Source of the DNA: Betaproteobacteria bacterium RIFCSPLOWO2_12_FULL_62_58
Lineage (GTDB): Bacteria > Pseudomonadota > Gammaproteobacteria > Burkholderiales > SG8-41
Reading direction: 5' to 3'
Assembly (NCBI GenBank): GCA_001772005.1
Contig: MERI01000048.1
Span: 2,626-66,625 of the forward strand
DNA length: 64,000 nucleotides
A program made the position numbers and the translations under genes. Every line of letters begins with the position of its first letter. Position 1 is the stretch's first letter. Positions 1 to 9,600 of the stretch are shown piece by piece. The notes under the pieces were generated by a model. That model saw only the letters and a list, made by a program, of their open reading frames with translations. It did no database searches and was not told the DNA's origin.

Positions 1-2484
1 CAGCGTCGCGGCGTCAGACAACACAACTTCGAGGCTGGGGTCCGCCAACGCATGCTCATCGGGTCGCGATCTCCAGAAGGTCCGCACCGATTTATCCGAG
101 CGGGTCACTTGCAGCACGAAATCGCCGCTTTCGCAGCCCCTAAGCAATGTGTCAAGGATGGCTTGCCGGTTGAGCATTTTCGGCAACCGCGCAGTCGAAG
201 CGAATGCTCCCACCAAATCCTTCACGTAGCGCGATTTCTCCTGCGCCTGCCACAGGTTGAACGGGCCGCCCGGCAGCAGTGCCTCCGCATTGATCGCCGT
301 GCTTTCGATCCGCGCACGCTTGTCGTTGACGATCTTGATGAACAACGGCTCGTTGTCCACGTTCAATCGGAAAGCCGCAACCTCGTTGGCATCGTTGACT
401 GTGACCACGATGCAATAAGCCATCACGATATGCGAGGCCAGTTCACCGCGCGCGACCCTCAAATTGGTATCGAGCTGCGCAAGCCGTACCGTATCGACAT
501 CCTCGCGGCTCTTCAGCATCTCGCGCACCTGTTCCCACGCCAGCGCGTCGCGCACGCGTTCGCGCGCGAGCTCGATCCCATCCTTCGATGGCACCGCCAG
601 CACCACCGCGTTGCGGTTGTTCGCGCGCGGCCTGTCCGCTGTTGTGGTTTCGTCGATGAAACGACGCGCTTCCGCACTGGGCTTACCGGATTCCGAAGCT
701 GCTTTAGACCCCAGAACGGCGTAGTGAAACTCGCCGTCGTCCTCGATGTCCGCCGGACGTGCCGGCAGCATATGCACCGCCGCGCCCATAGTGCGGGCTC
801 CCTCGGTCAGTTTCTTGGTATTGCCGATCTCCTTTTCCAGGACCTGCTCCACGATAGTGGCCGTAATATAACTGCGGGCATCATGGTGCATCTGCTTGAG
901 GTTGGGCTTGGAACCAAGCCTCCATACCTTGGGCAATCCGCCATCTTTCTCCGTGGTGAAAGTGTCGTCGAGATACCAGGACACGTCCGCCCAGCGTGAC
1001 AACCCCTTTCCCAGCTCGATTCGGTCCGGAGATACCTGCCCCAGCATCACCATCAGTTCACGCGTCTGCGCACGCTGCCCGATAGGCTGCGAGTGCAGGA
1101 AGGTCGCGATGACCGCCTGTTCGATCTCGCGATTGGCAAGCCCCAGCGCGTCCTGCTGGATGTCGCGCGCTTTCTTCAGCTCGCCCTGAAGAATGGCCTG
1201 CCAGTCCTGGCGTTTGCCTTCGTACTGCTCGGACCGCGCAATGCTCGCCAGCTCGCGCGCGGCATCGTTGAGATTTTCGTCGCCGGGCGCAGACAGAAAT
1301 ACGGCTGGCCCAACCAGCGGCGCCGGATCGCCCCACTTCTCCGCGTCGCGCAACGCGGACGCAAAAGTGCGCAACACCCCGCGCGTGCGCTGGAAACCTT
1401 CAAGTTGCGTCCATTTCTCGAACAGCACCGTGGTAATGTCCGGATGAAACGGAAATGCTTCTGTGTAGCGCCCGTCCTCCTGGCCCAGTTGACGCTTGGT
1501 TTGATCGTCGAGTTCAGCAATACCCTTGAGCGCACTGACCACCTGCGCCTTCCATCCCGACCGATCTGTGTAGCTCTCCGGCGTAAACAGGCGCCGGCGC
1601 AGCACCTCCGCCACGTCCTGCGGCTCGACCGGCTGAATCCCGGCCTCGGCGACCCGCTGGAACATGTCGTAGAGCGCTTTCTCGACCTGTTTCCCAAGAT
1701 CGTCGCTCTTGCTCGGGTCCGAAGCGAGCAGCGATGCCACCAGTGCGCAGCCCTTCACACGTCCTACTGCCTGAGTCAGACACTGGAAAAACGTCTCCAG
1801 CTTCTTGATCCAGGCTTTGTCGGTGCTGGCTATCGTATGCGCCCACATCAGCACCTCGTCGAGCAACACCAGCGTCGCCAGTCCGTCCTTGGCAGGCAGC
1901 GCAAGCACGTCTTCCATGACGTTGGTGGCGGGGGGCGTCTCGCGCTCCTTGTCAGCGCTGCCCAGCAGCTTCAGTCCAGCTTCACCGCCGAGTTGCCACG
2001 CCAATGCACTCCAGGGCATCTTGAATCGCCTGATCTTGCCGTCGGGCGCTTTGACATCCATCCCCGTCTCCACATCGAGACGGTCAAATACCAGCGCCGC
2101 AACGCGCGCCTGCACCGGTGTCATTCCGATATGGTTGGTGAACTCCTCGATGGCGGGCAGCTTGGGCAGCTTGGCAGGGTCGGACACCAAGTGCACGAGC
2201 GTGATCAACGCATGCGTCTTGCCGCCGCCGTAAGTCAGCTGCAACTGCCGCACCGCTTTCTCGGATTTTCCGGCAAGGCGCAACACCACGTCGCGCGCGA
2301 GGTCGCGCAGCTTGGTGGTTGGATAGGTGAGCGCGAAGAACTCTTTCGGGTCGTGATAGACCGAGCGGTTCTTGTCCATCATCACGTCGTAGAGGTCCGC
2401 CGCGAACTCCTTCTGCGACAGCTCGCCGCTGCGGATGTCGGACCGCAGCGTGATGACCTGATGCCAGGGTTTCGTCTTAGCCAT
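1..2484 (-). CDS. DUF499-family P-loop ATPase (defence-island ATPase); 3' end cut off by window edge
   Basis: Absent from ORF track because it runs off the window. Minus-strand translation from ATG at 2484 reads MAKTKPWHQVITLRSDIRSGELSQKEFAADLYDV... with Walker A TYGGGKTHAL and Walker B LVLLDEV. The frame stays open to position 1 (828 codons). Confidence 0.85.
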   Translation of the reverse strand, partial: MAKTKPWHQVITLRSDIRSGELSQKEFAADLYDVMMDKNRSVYHDPKEFFALTYPTTKLRDLARDVVLRLAGKSEKAVRQLQLTYGGGKTHALITLVHLVSDPAKLPKLPAIEEFTNHIGMTPVQARVAALVFDRLDVETGMDVKAPDGKIRRFKMPWSALAWQLGGEAGLKLLGSADKERETPPATNVMEDVLALPAKDGLATLVLLDEVLMWAHTIASTDKAWIKKLETFFQCLTQAVGRVKGCALVASLLASDPSKSDDLGKQVEKALYDMFQRVAEAGIQPVEPQDVAEVLRRRLFTPESYTDRSGWKAQVVSALKGIAELDDQTKRQLGQEDGRYTEAFPFHPDITTVLFEKWTQLEGFQRTRGVLRTFASALRDAEKWGDPAPLVGPAVFLSAPGDENLNDAARELASIARSEQYEGKRQDWQAILQGELKKARDIQQDALGLANREIEQAVIATFLHSQPIGQRAQTRELMVMLGQVSPDRIELGKGLSRWADVSWYLDDTFTTEKDGGLPKVWRLGSKPNLKQMHHDARSYITATIVEQVLEKEIGNTKKLTEGARTMGAAVHMLPARPADIEDDGEFHYAVLGSKAASESGKPSAEARRFIDETTTADRPRANNRNAVVLAVPSKDGIELARERVRDALAWEQVREMLKSREDVDTVRLAQLDTNLRVARGELASHIVMAYCIVVTVNDANEVAAFRLNVDNEPLFIKIVNDKRARIESTAINAEALLPGGPFNLWQAQEKSRYVKDLVGAFASTARLPKMLNRQAILDTLLRGCESGDFVLQVTRSDKSVRTFWRSRPDEHALADPSLEVVLSDAATL

Positions 2485-2556
2485 AACTTCTTCCTCGCGT
2501 TATTGCTCGTTCATCGGCGTGATCGGTCCTCCAAGAGCGCCTTACAAAACAATAAT

Positions 2557-2600
2557 CTCCCTCTCCACCGATCACGGGGGAGAGGGTTGGGGTGAGGGGG
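2557..2600. repeat. GC-rich REP-like hairpin (CCCTCTCC / GGAGAGGG stem followed by GGTGAGG tail), family copy 1 of 4
   Basis: ccctctcc(2559-2566) pairs with ggagaggg(2579-2586). Related copies at 20248-20291, 32149-32187 and 34046-34081. Confidence 0.7.
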
Positions 2601-2627
2601 AGCATAAAGATCATTTCGTGAATGGCT

Positions 2628-5600
2628 TTAAGCACCCAGCGTAAGCGCGCCCTGCGCCGTGGCGCCGATCTTCCGCAAATGATTGGAAAGCTTTTCGAGA
2701 ATCGAGCATTCCTCGGCCTGCCCTTCCGCACGACTCTTTTCTATAAGCGATTGCACTAATTGATGAAATATATCGCTACGCCGCAGGCCGCGCTGCTCCA
2801 GATAGTCGTTTACCTTGTTCTCGTCGCCCGCCTTCCACAGCTGCATGAGCTTGTGCACCTGGTCGATCAGCGGCACCGGCTTGCCATTGGCCGGCTCCAC
2901 GCCGAGGTTACGATGTTTGCGCTGATTCCAGGCTTTGAGCTTGAACTGCCCGCCGCTGCCGCTACTCTCGTCCGAAGCGTCTTCATCCGTAACGTCGTCT
3001 GCCTCATCGCCCGACTCTTCATCTGCCGCCGCGCCTTTACCGCGCGAAAGAATCTCATACTGGTCGGCAAGCAACCGCTCGGACAAGCCGCACGAGACGG
3101 CATAGAGAATGCAGGCTCCAGCCGGAGCATCCTTTAGACCAAAGTCGTTGCGATGCAAAAGGTAATAGGTCGTGATGTCGTCGAGCGAAATATCCCGCGT
3201 CTCCGTTGCGCCCTCTCCGCCGGACAACACGCGTCCCACCACGAAGTCCACCACCATTCGGCGCACGTGTCGCAAGAACTCCGATACAGTCATCAGCGCG
3301 CCAGATTCAGTTGCTTTCTTGACTGCCGGATACTGACTATAGGCCTCAAGTGCAGGGCCAGTCGCAGCCCAAACAAAGTCAGGACCGCGAATACCGGCAT
3401 CCCAGAAATCGCGAAGGCGTTGTTTGATGTTTACTTCCATTTCCTTAAGAACATCAGTGTCCCAGCCAGCACGTTTAATTGGATCGCGCTTACGACAAAT
3501 CAGCCAAATGGAGGATGCAAGTGATGCACGACCAAAATTTCTTACACCGCCTCGCATTTCTGTAGCAATAGGCCAGCTCCCATCAACCACGAATCCAGCA
3601 CGAATGATCGCTGACACCAACGTTTCCCATGCATCGGGTTGCTTGTTAGCAAACACAACCACGAGACGGCCAGTGGGGACTAACTCCGCGTGGCACGTCG
3701 TGAAAGAATGAGCCATTCCATCTTCATAGTTCTTTTTTGACGCTATTACGTCGCCGCCAAATCGAGAAGCATCGTCGATTAGCTCTCCATCCTGCGTTTC
3801 ATGGTTCCACTTTGGGGCCAATGGCTTAGCAAACGCCGAATCAAACTCAGAGTTCAGCCCTACGAGTACTCTTCGAAGCCATACGTAGAAAAAATCCATA
3901 AGATCGGAATATGGGATAGCGTCGTAATACGGAGGATCCGTCACGATAATGTCATGTTCTCCAGCCGTCATTACGGCGCTCTGATTTAGGATTTTGGGAG
4001 ATTCCGTATGCCGAAACGCGCTGGTGTCTAATCGTTCAATTACCTGAGCGACGTTCGAAAGTGCCCCGAAGAAGAATCTATCATTGGGAGCTAAGGGATT
4101 GCCCTCGGCAAAATCCCAAGTAATCGGTAGGGCATAACGAAGAAACGTCTGCTTTACCTCGGCGGCTTGCGATTCCCAAATGCATATCGTGCTCAGGTAG
4201 TTTGCGGTTCTATCTAATGCTATCGCAAGCATGGCATGTATCGCCTCGCCCCATTCCTCTGAGAACAGTGTCCTTATGGCGGGCTTAGTTTCCCTGATCG
4301 ATCGAGTAAGGACCCCGAGAAAAAGAAGCTCTCGCAATGTAAACAGCTTCTTCCACTGATCAAAACCGTAAAGATCAACTGAAAACGCGCGGGCCGCACC
4401 CAATCCTGCTTTAGGCGTTGGTTCTTCCGGCAACCCAAACGGTATCTCGATAAATATACGCTCCAGATCCGATTCCGTTATCTCAGCAGATTTGATCTCA
4501 TGTACTGTCGGCAACCTGTATTCCTTATTCTGGAGGAACGCTACAACCACAGCGGTCATGACAGTCTTGAGACGACCCCCGCGACCCTCAAGCCGCAGGT
4601 CAGCCATTGTCATCGTCGTTCCACAACCCGGTATTGCACAGGTCACACCGGAGCGACTCATCGTTCCAGCGCTGATTCGCTTATCGTGCTCGCGCCGCTG
4701 TGCTGGATTGCCGCCTTGGACTTTGACGTCTTGATCGATGCCGAACACCACACCCGTCCTGTCGGCATTCGGCTCCAAGGTCAGCAGCACGCGTTTGTTG
4801 TCCTTCTTAGCCAGCCAGCGAGTCTTGAGCAGCGGCACGATTGCGCGGCACGCCTTGCACTTAACCGTGCGCGCCCAAAGGTAGGCAACCGTCGGTTTGG
4901 CTACCCAGCGTGGATTCGCAGGATTATCGAGATAGGTTTGGTCGTAACCCGCGTTCAACAGCTCGATCTGCGAATCGCCATCATCATTGGTCGGCACGAG
5001 CTTAAGTTGTTCCTCGTCCGCGCGCGCCAACGGCACCCGCGCATAGGGCTTCAAAGTGCAGAACTCGGCGTACGTCGGGTAATACTGCGCCAGTTCCTTG
5101 CGCGCCTGCTTGAGCACCCAATGTCCCCATGCGCGCACATGCCAGGCCAGGTCTGCGTCGAATTGCCCTTGGGAAATGGCGTGTTGCTCGAACATCTCCT
5201 TTTGCTTCTCCCCGCTCTCGGCTTTCCTGGCCAGCATGTCAAGCTGGATGCGGATATCTTTGGGCTTGAGCCCCAGCGCTTTGAAGTAACCCGTCATGAA
5301 GTCCCGATCCCGGAGCGCGAAATCGGGAAGCCGCCGTTTCTGCCCGGCGAGCTTCTGCGGATACTCCAACGTGCACTTGAGGATGAACCAGGCGACCGGA
5401 TTGATATCCACCGCCGTGACTTCGCAGCCGAGGCGCATTGCCTCCAGCGGAATCGCGCCGCCGCCGGCAAACGGATCGAGTACCTTCGGCGCGCGTCCGC
5501 CGTACGCCTTGCGTATCTCCTGCCTGAACCACTCCAGATCGGGACCCGATTCGCGGCCCCAATGCAGGATGCCTCCGACGGTTTCCTTGGTTTCGATTTC

Positions 5601-5876
5601 CTCGATCTTCCCCGAAGGCAGTTTTTTCTTCTTGAGGGATTTTTCCACCGTGCCGGCCAGGCGTTTGAGAATCTCATCCCGTTTCTTCTTGTCGCCCGGA
5701 TCGGGAAGCAGCGTCGCGATCAACACCGCGCGCGACGCCGCCAACGGTCGCCGTGCCGGCCAGATGTGCAACGTGGAGATATGCCCATGCCGCACGTTCT
5801 TCTCGTGCACCGAGTCGAGCGACGTCTGTTCGAGCGGGAAGGCGACTTCGATCAGGCGTTTGCCGTTGTTGCTCAT
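2628..5876 (-). CDS. DUF1156-family DNA methyltransferase (N6-A/N4-C type)
   Basis: 1082 aa. N-terminal signature HIWPARRPLAASRAV, SAM motif I VLDPFAGGGAIPLEAMRLGCEVTAVDINP, catalytic motif IV TDPPYYD, internal Cys4 ribbon CKAC...CAIPGC. Confidence 0.9.
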   Translation of the reverse strand: MSNNGKRLIEVAFPLEQTSLDSVHEKNVRHGHISTLHIWPARRPLAASRAVLIATLLPDPGDKKKRDEILKRLAGTVEKSLKKKKLPSGKIEEIETKETVGGILHWGRESGPDLEWFRQEIRKAYGGRAPKVLDPFAGGGAIPLEAMRLGCEVTAVDINPVAWFILKCTLEYPQKLAGQKRRLPDFALRDRDFMTGYFKALGLKPKDIRIQLDMLARKAESGEKQKEMFEQHAISQGQFDADLAWHVRAWGHWVLKQARKELAQYYPTYAEFCTLKPYARVPLARADEEQLKLVPTNDDGDSQIELLNAGYDQTYLDNPANPRWVAKPTVAYLWARTVKCKACRAIVPLLKTRWLAKKDNKRVLLTLEPNADRTGVVFGIDQDVKVQGGNPAQRREHDKRISAGTMSRSGVTCAIPGCGTTMTMADLRLEGRGGRLKTVMTAVVVAFLQNKEYRLPTVHEIKSAEITESDLERIFIEIPFGLPEEPTPKAGLGAARAFSVDLYGFDQWKKLFTLRELLFLGVLTRSIRETKPAIRTLFSEEWGEAIHAMLAIALDRTANYLSTICIWESQAAEVKQTFLRYALPITWDFAEGNPLAPNDRFFFGALSNVAQVIERLDTSAFRHTESPKILNQSAVMTAGEHDIIVTDPPYYDAIPYSDLMDFFYVWLRRVLVGLNSEFDSAFAKPLAPKWNHETQDGELIDDASRFGGDVIASKKNYEDGMAHSFTTCHAELVPTGRLVVVFANKQPDAWETLVSAIIRAGFVVDGSWPIATEMRGGVRNFGRASLASSIWLICRKRDPIKRAGWDTDVLKEMEVNIKQRLRDFWDAGIRGPDFVWAATGPALEAYSQYPAVKKATESGALMTVSEFLRHVRRMVVDFVVGRVLSGGEGATETRDISLDDITTYYLLHRNDFGLKDAPAGACILYAVSCGLSERLLADQYEILSRGKGAAADEESGDEADDVTDEDASDESSGSGGQFKLKAWNQRKHRNLGVEPANGKPVPLIDQVHKLMQLWKAGDENKVNDYLEQRGLRRSDIFHQLVQSLIEKSRAEGQAEECSILEKLSNHLRKIGATAQGALTLGA

Positions 5877-5892
5877 GGAGTTTTCCTCGTCC

Positions 5893-6513
5893 TTATTTCC
5901 AATATGCCGGCCGCTGCAGCACGAACCCGTCGGCTCTCGTGACCGTGGGCGGCAGCTGTGACTGACGCACTTTGGCTTCGCCGACCGTGAAATACCCGCT
6001 TGCTGCTTTTGTCAACGCGATTGACTGACGCCCCGGAGGCTGTGCGATCACAATGCGCTTGTGGGGAAAACGTGCCAGAACCTGCCGCACCGGCGTGGTG
6101 AGATCGCTGTCCGCGGAGACGAGCAATGCCGTATCGAAGCGGTCCTCGAACGCATCGGCCAATAGCTGTACGGCGATATTGACGTCGGTCATCTTCTCCT
6201 CGTAGTCCATCCAGGTTGCGCCGCACTTGCGGCACTGTCTGGGCTTTTCGAGGTAATGACCAAAGTGCAATGTGAGTTCCGGCAGCGTACCGAGTGCTTC
6301 CAGGTAGGCTCCCTGGCGCCGCATGTCCTGGCTGTTGTGTCCGTTGTCGCGAATGCGGGTTGTAAAATAGTGAGCCCCGCACAGCATCTGATCGGGCTTG
6401 AGCAGTTGTCGCGACAACGTCACGAGATCCAGCCAGTAGTATTTCCTCCAGCCTTTGTGCCTCAGACCGAAGTAAAGGTTGAATCCGTCGATGTAGGCAA
6501 TGACCCGGTTCAT
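5893..6513 (-). CDS. NYN-domain (LabA/PIN-like) putative ribonuclease
   Basis: 206 aa. N-terminal VIAYIDGFNLYFG and SADSDL acidic motifs typical of NYN. Stop lies 16 nt upstream of the methylase ATG. Confidence 0.75.
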   Translation of the reverse strand: MNRVIAYIDGFNLYFGLRHKGWRKYYWLDLVTLSRQLLKPDQMLCGAHYFTTRIRDNGHNSQDMRRQGAYLEALGTLPELTLHFGHYLEKPRQCRKCGATWMDYEEKMTDVNIAVQLLADAFEDRFDTALLVSADSDLTTPVRQVLARFPHKRIVIAQPPGRQSIALTKAASGYFTVGEAKVRQSQLPPTVTRADGFVLQRPAYWK

Positions 6514-6591
6514 CGGAATACTCCCATCTTCGGCTCGAAACCTGGCTTGACACAGACCGCGCTCGCCTCCATACTTACACTCATAAACCCC

Positions 6592-6612
6592 GCCGGAGAT
6601 CGCATCTCCGGC
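6592..6612 (-). terminator. 9-bp-stem hairpin after helicase stop (weak terminator or processing site)
   Basis: gccggagat cgc atctccggc; on the minus strand it is followed by GGGGTTTAT. Confidence 0.3.
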
Positions 6613-6616
6613 CCGA

Positions 6617-6645
6617 CGCCTCCCTCGTGGAGGCGTTTCTTTTTG
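6617..6645 (+). terminator. Canonical intrinsic terminator facing the plus strand (antisense to the operon)
   Basis: cgcctcc ctcgt ggaggcg followed by tttctttttg. No credible plus-strand gene lies upstream. Confidence 0.45.
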
Positions 6646-6658
6646 CTTAGCTGGTCGC

Positions 6659-9600
6659 TCACTGCCGCACCTCAGCGGCTTGGAGAATCGCCGAAGCCGA
6701 GATCACGAAACTACCCTTGGCACGGACCATCAGCGTTCCGAACGGGTCCTGGACTCGCACAAGTCGGGGCGATCCGGTGGCACAATCGAATACGGCGTAT
6801 AGCCAGTACCGGCCCCGGAGATTGATCGCCTTCGCCCACTCGTTCTCGGTCAGTTCGACATCACCCGTTTCGACCCGCCCCTTGACCTCGATCGCTCGCT
6901 CGCCGCCAGCGTGGCGCTTTGATAACACATCGAATCCGGGGTAATCGGTCAAGCCTGCAACCCGCGCCTTCGCCGGGATCGAAACGTCTCTCACATCGGC
7001 ACCCTGGCTGATCTCGTGAGCGATGGTGATTTCCATCGCGATCCGCTCGACTTCCGCATCGCGGGCCTTGATGTCCTCAGCGTCAAATGACGGCTGCACC
7101 AGTGCCGTCGCGATTAACTCAACTTCGCCCGGCTGAATGAGCTCGACCTCGCGGCGCAACTGCCCCACCGCAAGCTCGCGCCGCTCGGACAGGCTGCGCT
7201 GCTGATTCTTGATGCGCTCAAGTTCGGCTGCGGCACCTTTGTCGCCGTCTCGCGCTTTCTCCGTGTACCGCTTCCGCGCGGAAGCAAGTTCCGATTCCTG
7301 GTAATCATAGGCACGGCGCAGATACTCTTCGGCGTGCCGCATACGCCCTTGCTCGGATAACAAATTTATTTCGCTCAACTTTTTTAGAATGACCTCTCTG
7401 ACATGCCGCTCGGTGGCGGCGCGGTAGGTTGTTCCCTGCGCAAGAAACGGCACGGCGGATGAATCGACCTTGCCTCCGGGTTTCAGCAAAAGCAGTTGTT
7501 CGACGGGCGCTTCGTCCAGCCGGTTATCCGCAAATTGCTGCACGCCGACCAATCGCTGTTCAAGCACTTCCTCCTGATGTAGTGAGGGGAATCCCTGGTC
7601 GACGCCGCGGACTACGCTGACGCGGGCGACATGAAACAGATACGGCCGGGTCGCAGAGGGATCGATGAATACCGCACCCTGACGCCCAGCCGATCGACAA
7701 CGCTCGATTGCTAGCGCGGACAGCCGCTCGAACACCGGCTCGCCTGGGTGCAGGAAAACCGCGTCGCGCCGGTCGTCCGGCCGATAGACAGTCAACCGGT
7801 TGCGGGCTGAGTCCGGGTAGCTTTCGAGCAGCGGCATTACGCCGTCGAGCGCGCCGCGCGTGCGTGCGCGCACGAAGAATGTGGCACCCAGATCACCCAC
7901 CAGATCGACGCCGATGACCGGCGCCGCATGTTCAAGATAGCGCCGCACGTAGCCCGGCAGCAGCCGACGCATCTCCTCGATATGCATGGCTTCCTGCAGC
8001 TTGGGCAGGTCCCGCATGACCTCACCGCCTTTGCCGTAAATGCTTTCTTCGCGCGCTGCGATTGCGCGAACCTGCTCCACGGTGAGCTGCCCCGCCAGAT
8101 CCATGGCCGCCCGGTCCGCCGCATCGTCGGAGAGTATGGCCTTCTGTAAGTAATCGGTCATTGATACTCCTTCGAATATCCGGCCGATGACGTCGAACAC
8201 CTTGTCCGAGCCGAGCGCGATGCGAATCTCTTCCAGTTTGTCGAGCAGGATCTTGACGACACGGCCTTCGCGAGTCTTGCCGGCAACGAGGTTGAGAATC
8301 ACAACCCGGTCTTTTTTCTGGCCGTAGCGGTGGATGCGGCCCATGCGCTGCTCGAGCCGCGCTGGATTCCACGGCACGTCGTAGTTGATCAGCACCCAGC
8401 AGAACTGCAGGTTGATACCCTCAGCCGCGGCGTCCGTACCCACAAAGAAGCGGGCTCCGTTCTCCTCGCCTGCGGCCTGCCCGTGGGGCCGGCGGAAACG
8501 TTCGACCTGGGCGTCGCGCTGTTCGAAGTCGAGGCCGCCGTGGATAAAAGCGACCTGGCCCGCGTATCCCATGGCATCGAGGCGGCGCATCAGAAATTCG
8601 AGCGTGTCCTTGTGCTCGGTGTAAATAATGACCTTCTGATTTTCGAACTGGGGATTGCGTAACAGCTCCCGCATCTTCTCGAACTTGGACTCGCGGCCCT
8701 GTTCGTAAACCCGCTCGGCAAGGCGAATGAGTTCGCGGACTTTTTCGCGTTCGGCGATAAGTTCGGCGAGCGACGTGGCGACGAAAGCGCCCAGTGCTTC
8801 CGCTTCGTCCTTCTCGTGCTCTTCCACCCCGTTGTCGGTCGATTCCTCTTCGGAGGATTTCTCGTCAAGCGTATCGTGAACCTGGCGATCGAGTTTTTTC
8901 TGCTGCTCGCGCAACTGCTCTTCCGGAATCCGCCCGGACCGGATGTCGTCGATCAGCGATTCGAGGCGATCAAAACGCCGGCGGAATGAGCACATGAGCG
9001 CCCAGGTGCTGCTCGCGAGCCTGCGCTGGAAAACCGTCATCGCAAAACGGGCTGCAGATCGATTGAGCAATCGCGCCTGGTTGTAGTAATGGCGGATGTA
9101 TTGGGTGGTTTCGTCGTAGAGTGTTTGCTCACTGACGTTGCCTTGGGTGAGATCGTAGCTGTGAGTGTCGCAGGTGCGCAGTGCGTAAAGCGGGCGTCCG
9201 TGCAGGTCAACCATCTCTTCCTTGACGCGGCGGATGAAGTAGCGGCGCCGGGCGTCATTCGGGAAAAGCTTAAACGCCGTCTCGGTACTAAAGAGTTCCG
9301 GCTCCAGCAGGCGCCACAGGCAATAATACGGGTACTCCTTACCCATGTGCGGCGTCGCCGTCAGCAGCAACAGGTGATGCGTGTTCCACGGCAGGCGCCA
9401 TTCGTCCGGGATATCGCGCACGCCTGCCAGCGCCTCGGCGAGACGATAGCGGTCGGTTGGCCTGAAAGTGCCGTCGGAGTCGCGATTAGCAGAGAGTTTG
9501 TGCGCCTCGTCGAATACCACGAGGTCATAAGGCAGGGTAGCGGGATCGCCCAGTGCCTTGAACAGCGTGGCTCCGCGCAGCGAGTCGACGCTGACGATGA

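Noticed and set aside
52-2595. Long plus-strand ORFs 52-999 (315 aa) and 1093-2595 (500 aa)
   Set aside because: Their translations are Arg/Ala/Gly/His-rich with no family-like motifs. They lie antisense to a clean DUF499 ATPase reading frame that is open across the whole interval, so they are typical high-GC shadow ORFs.
4500-5942. Plus-strand 480-aa ORF and other plus-strand ORFs across 2760-5965
   Set aside because: They are antisense to the DUF1156 methylase, which has clear SAM and DPPY motifs. The shadow translations are low-complexity.
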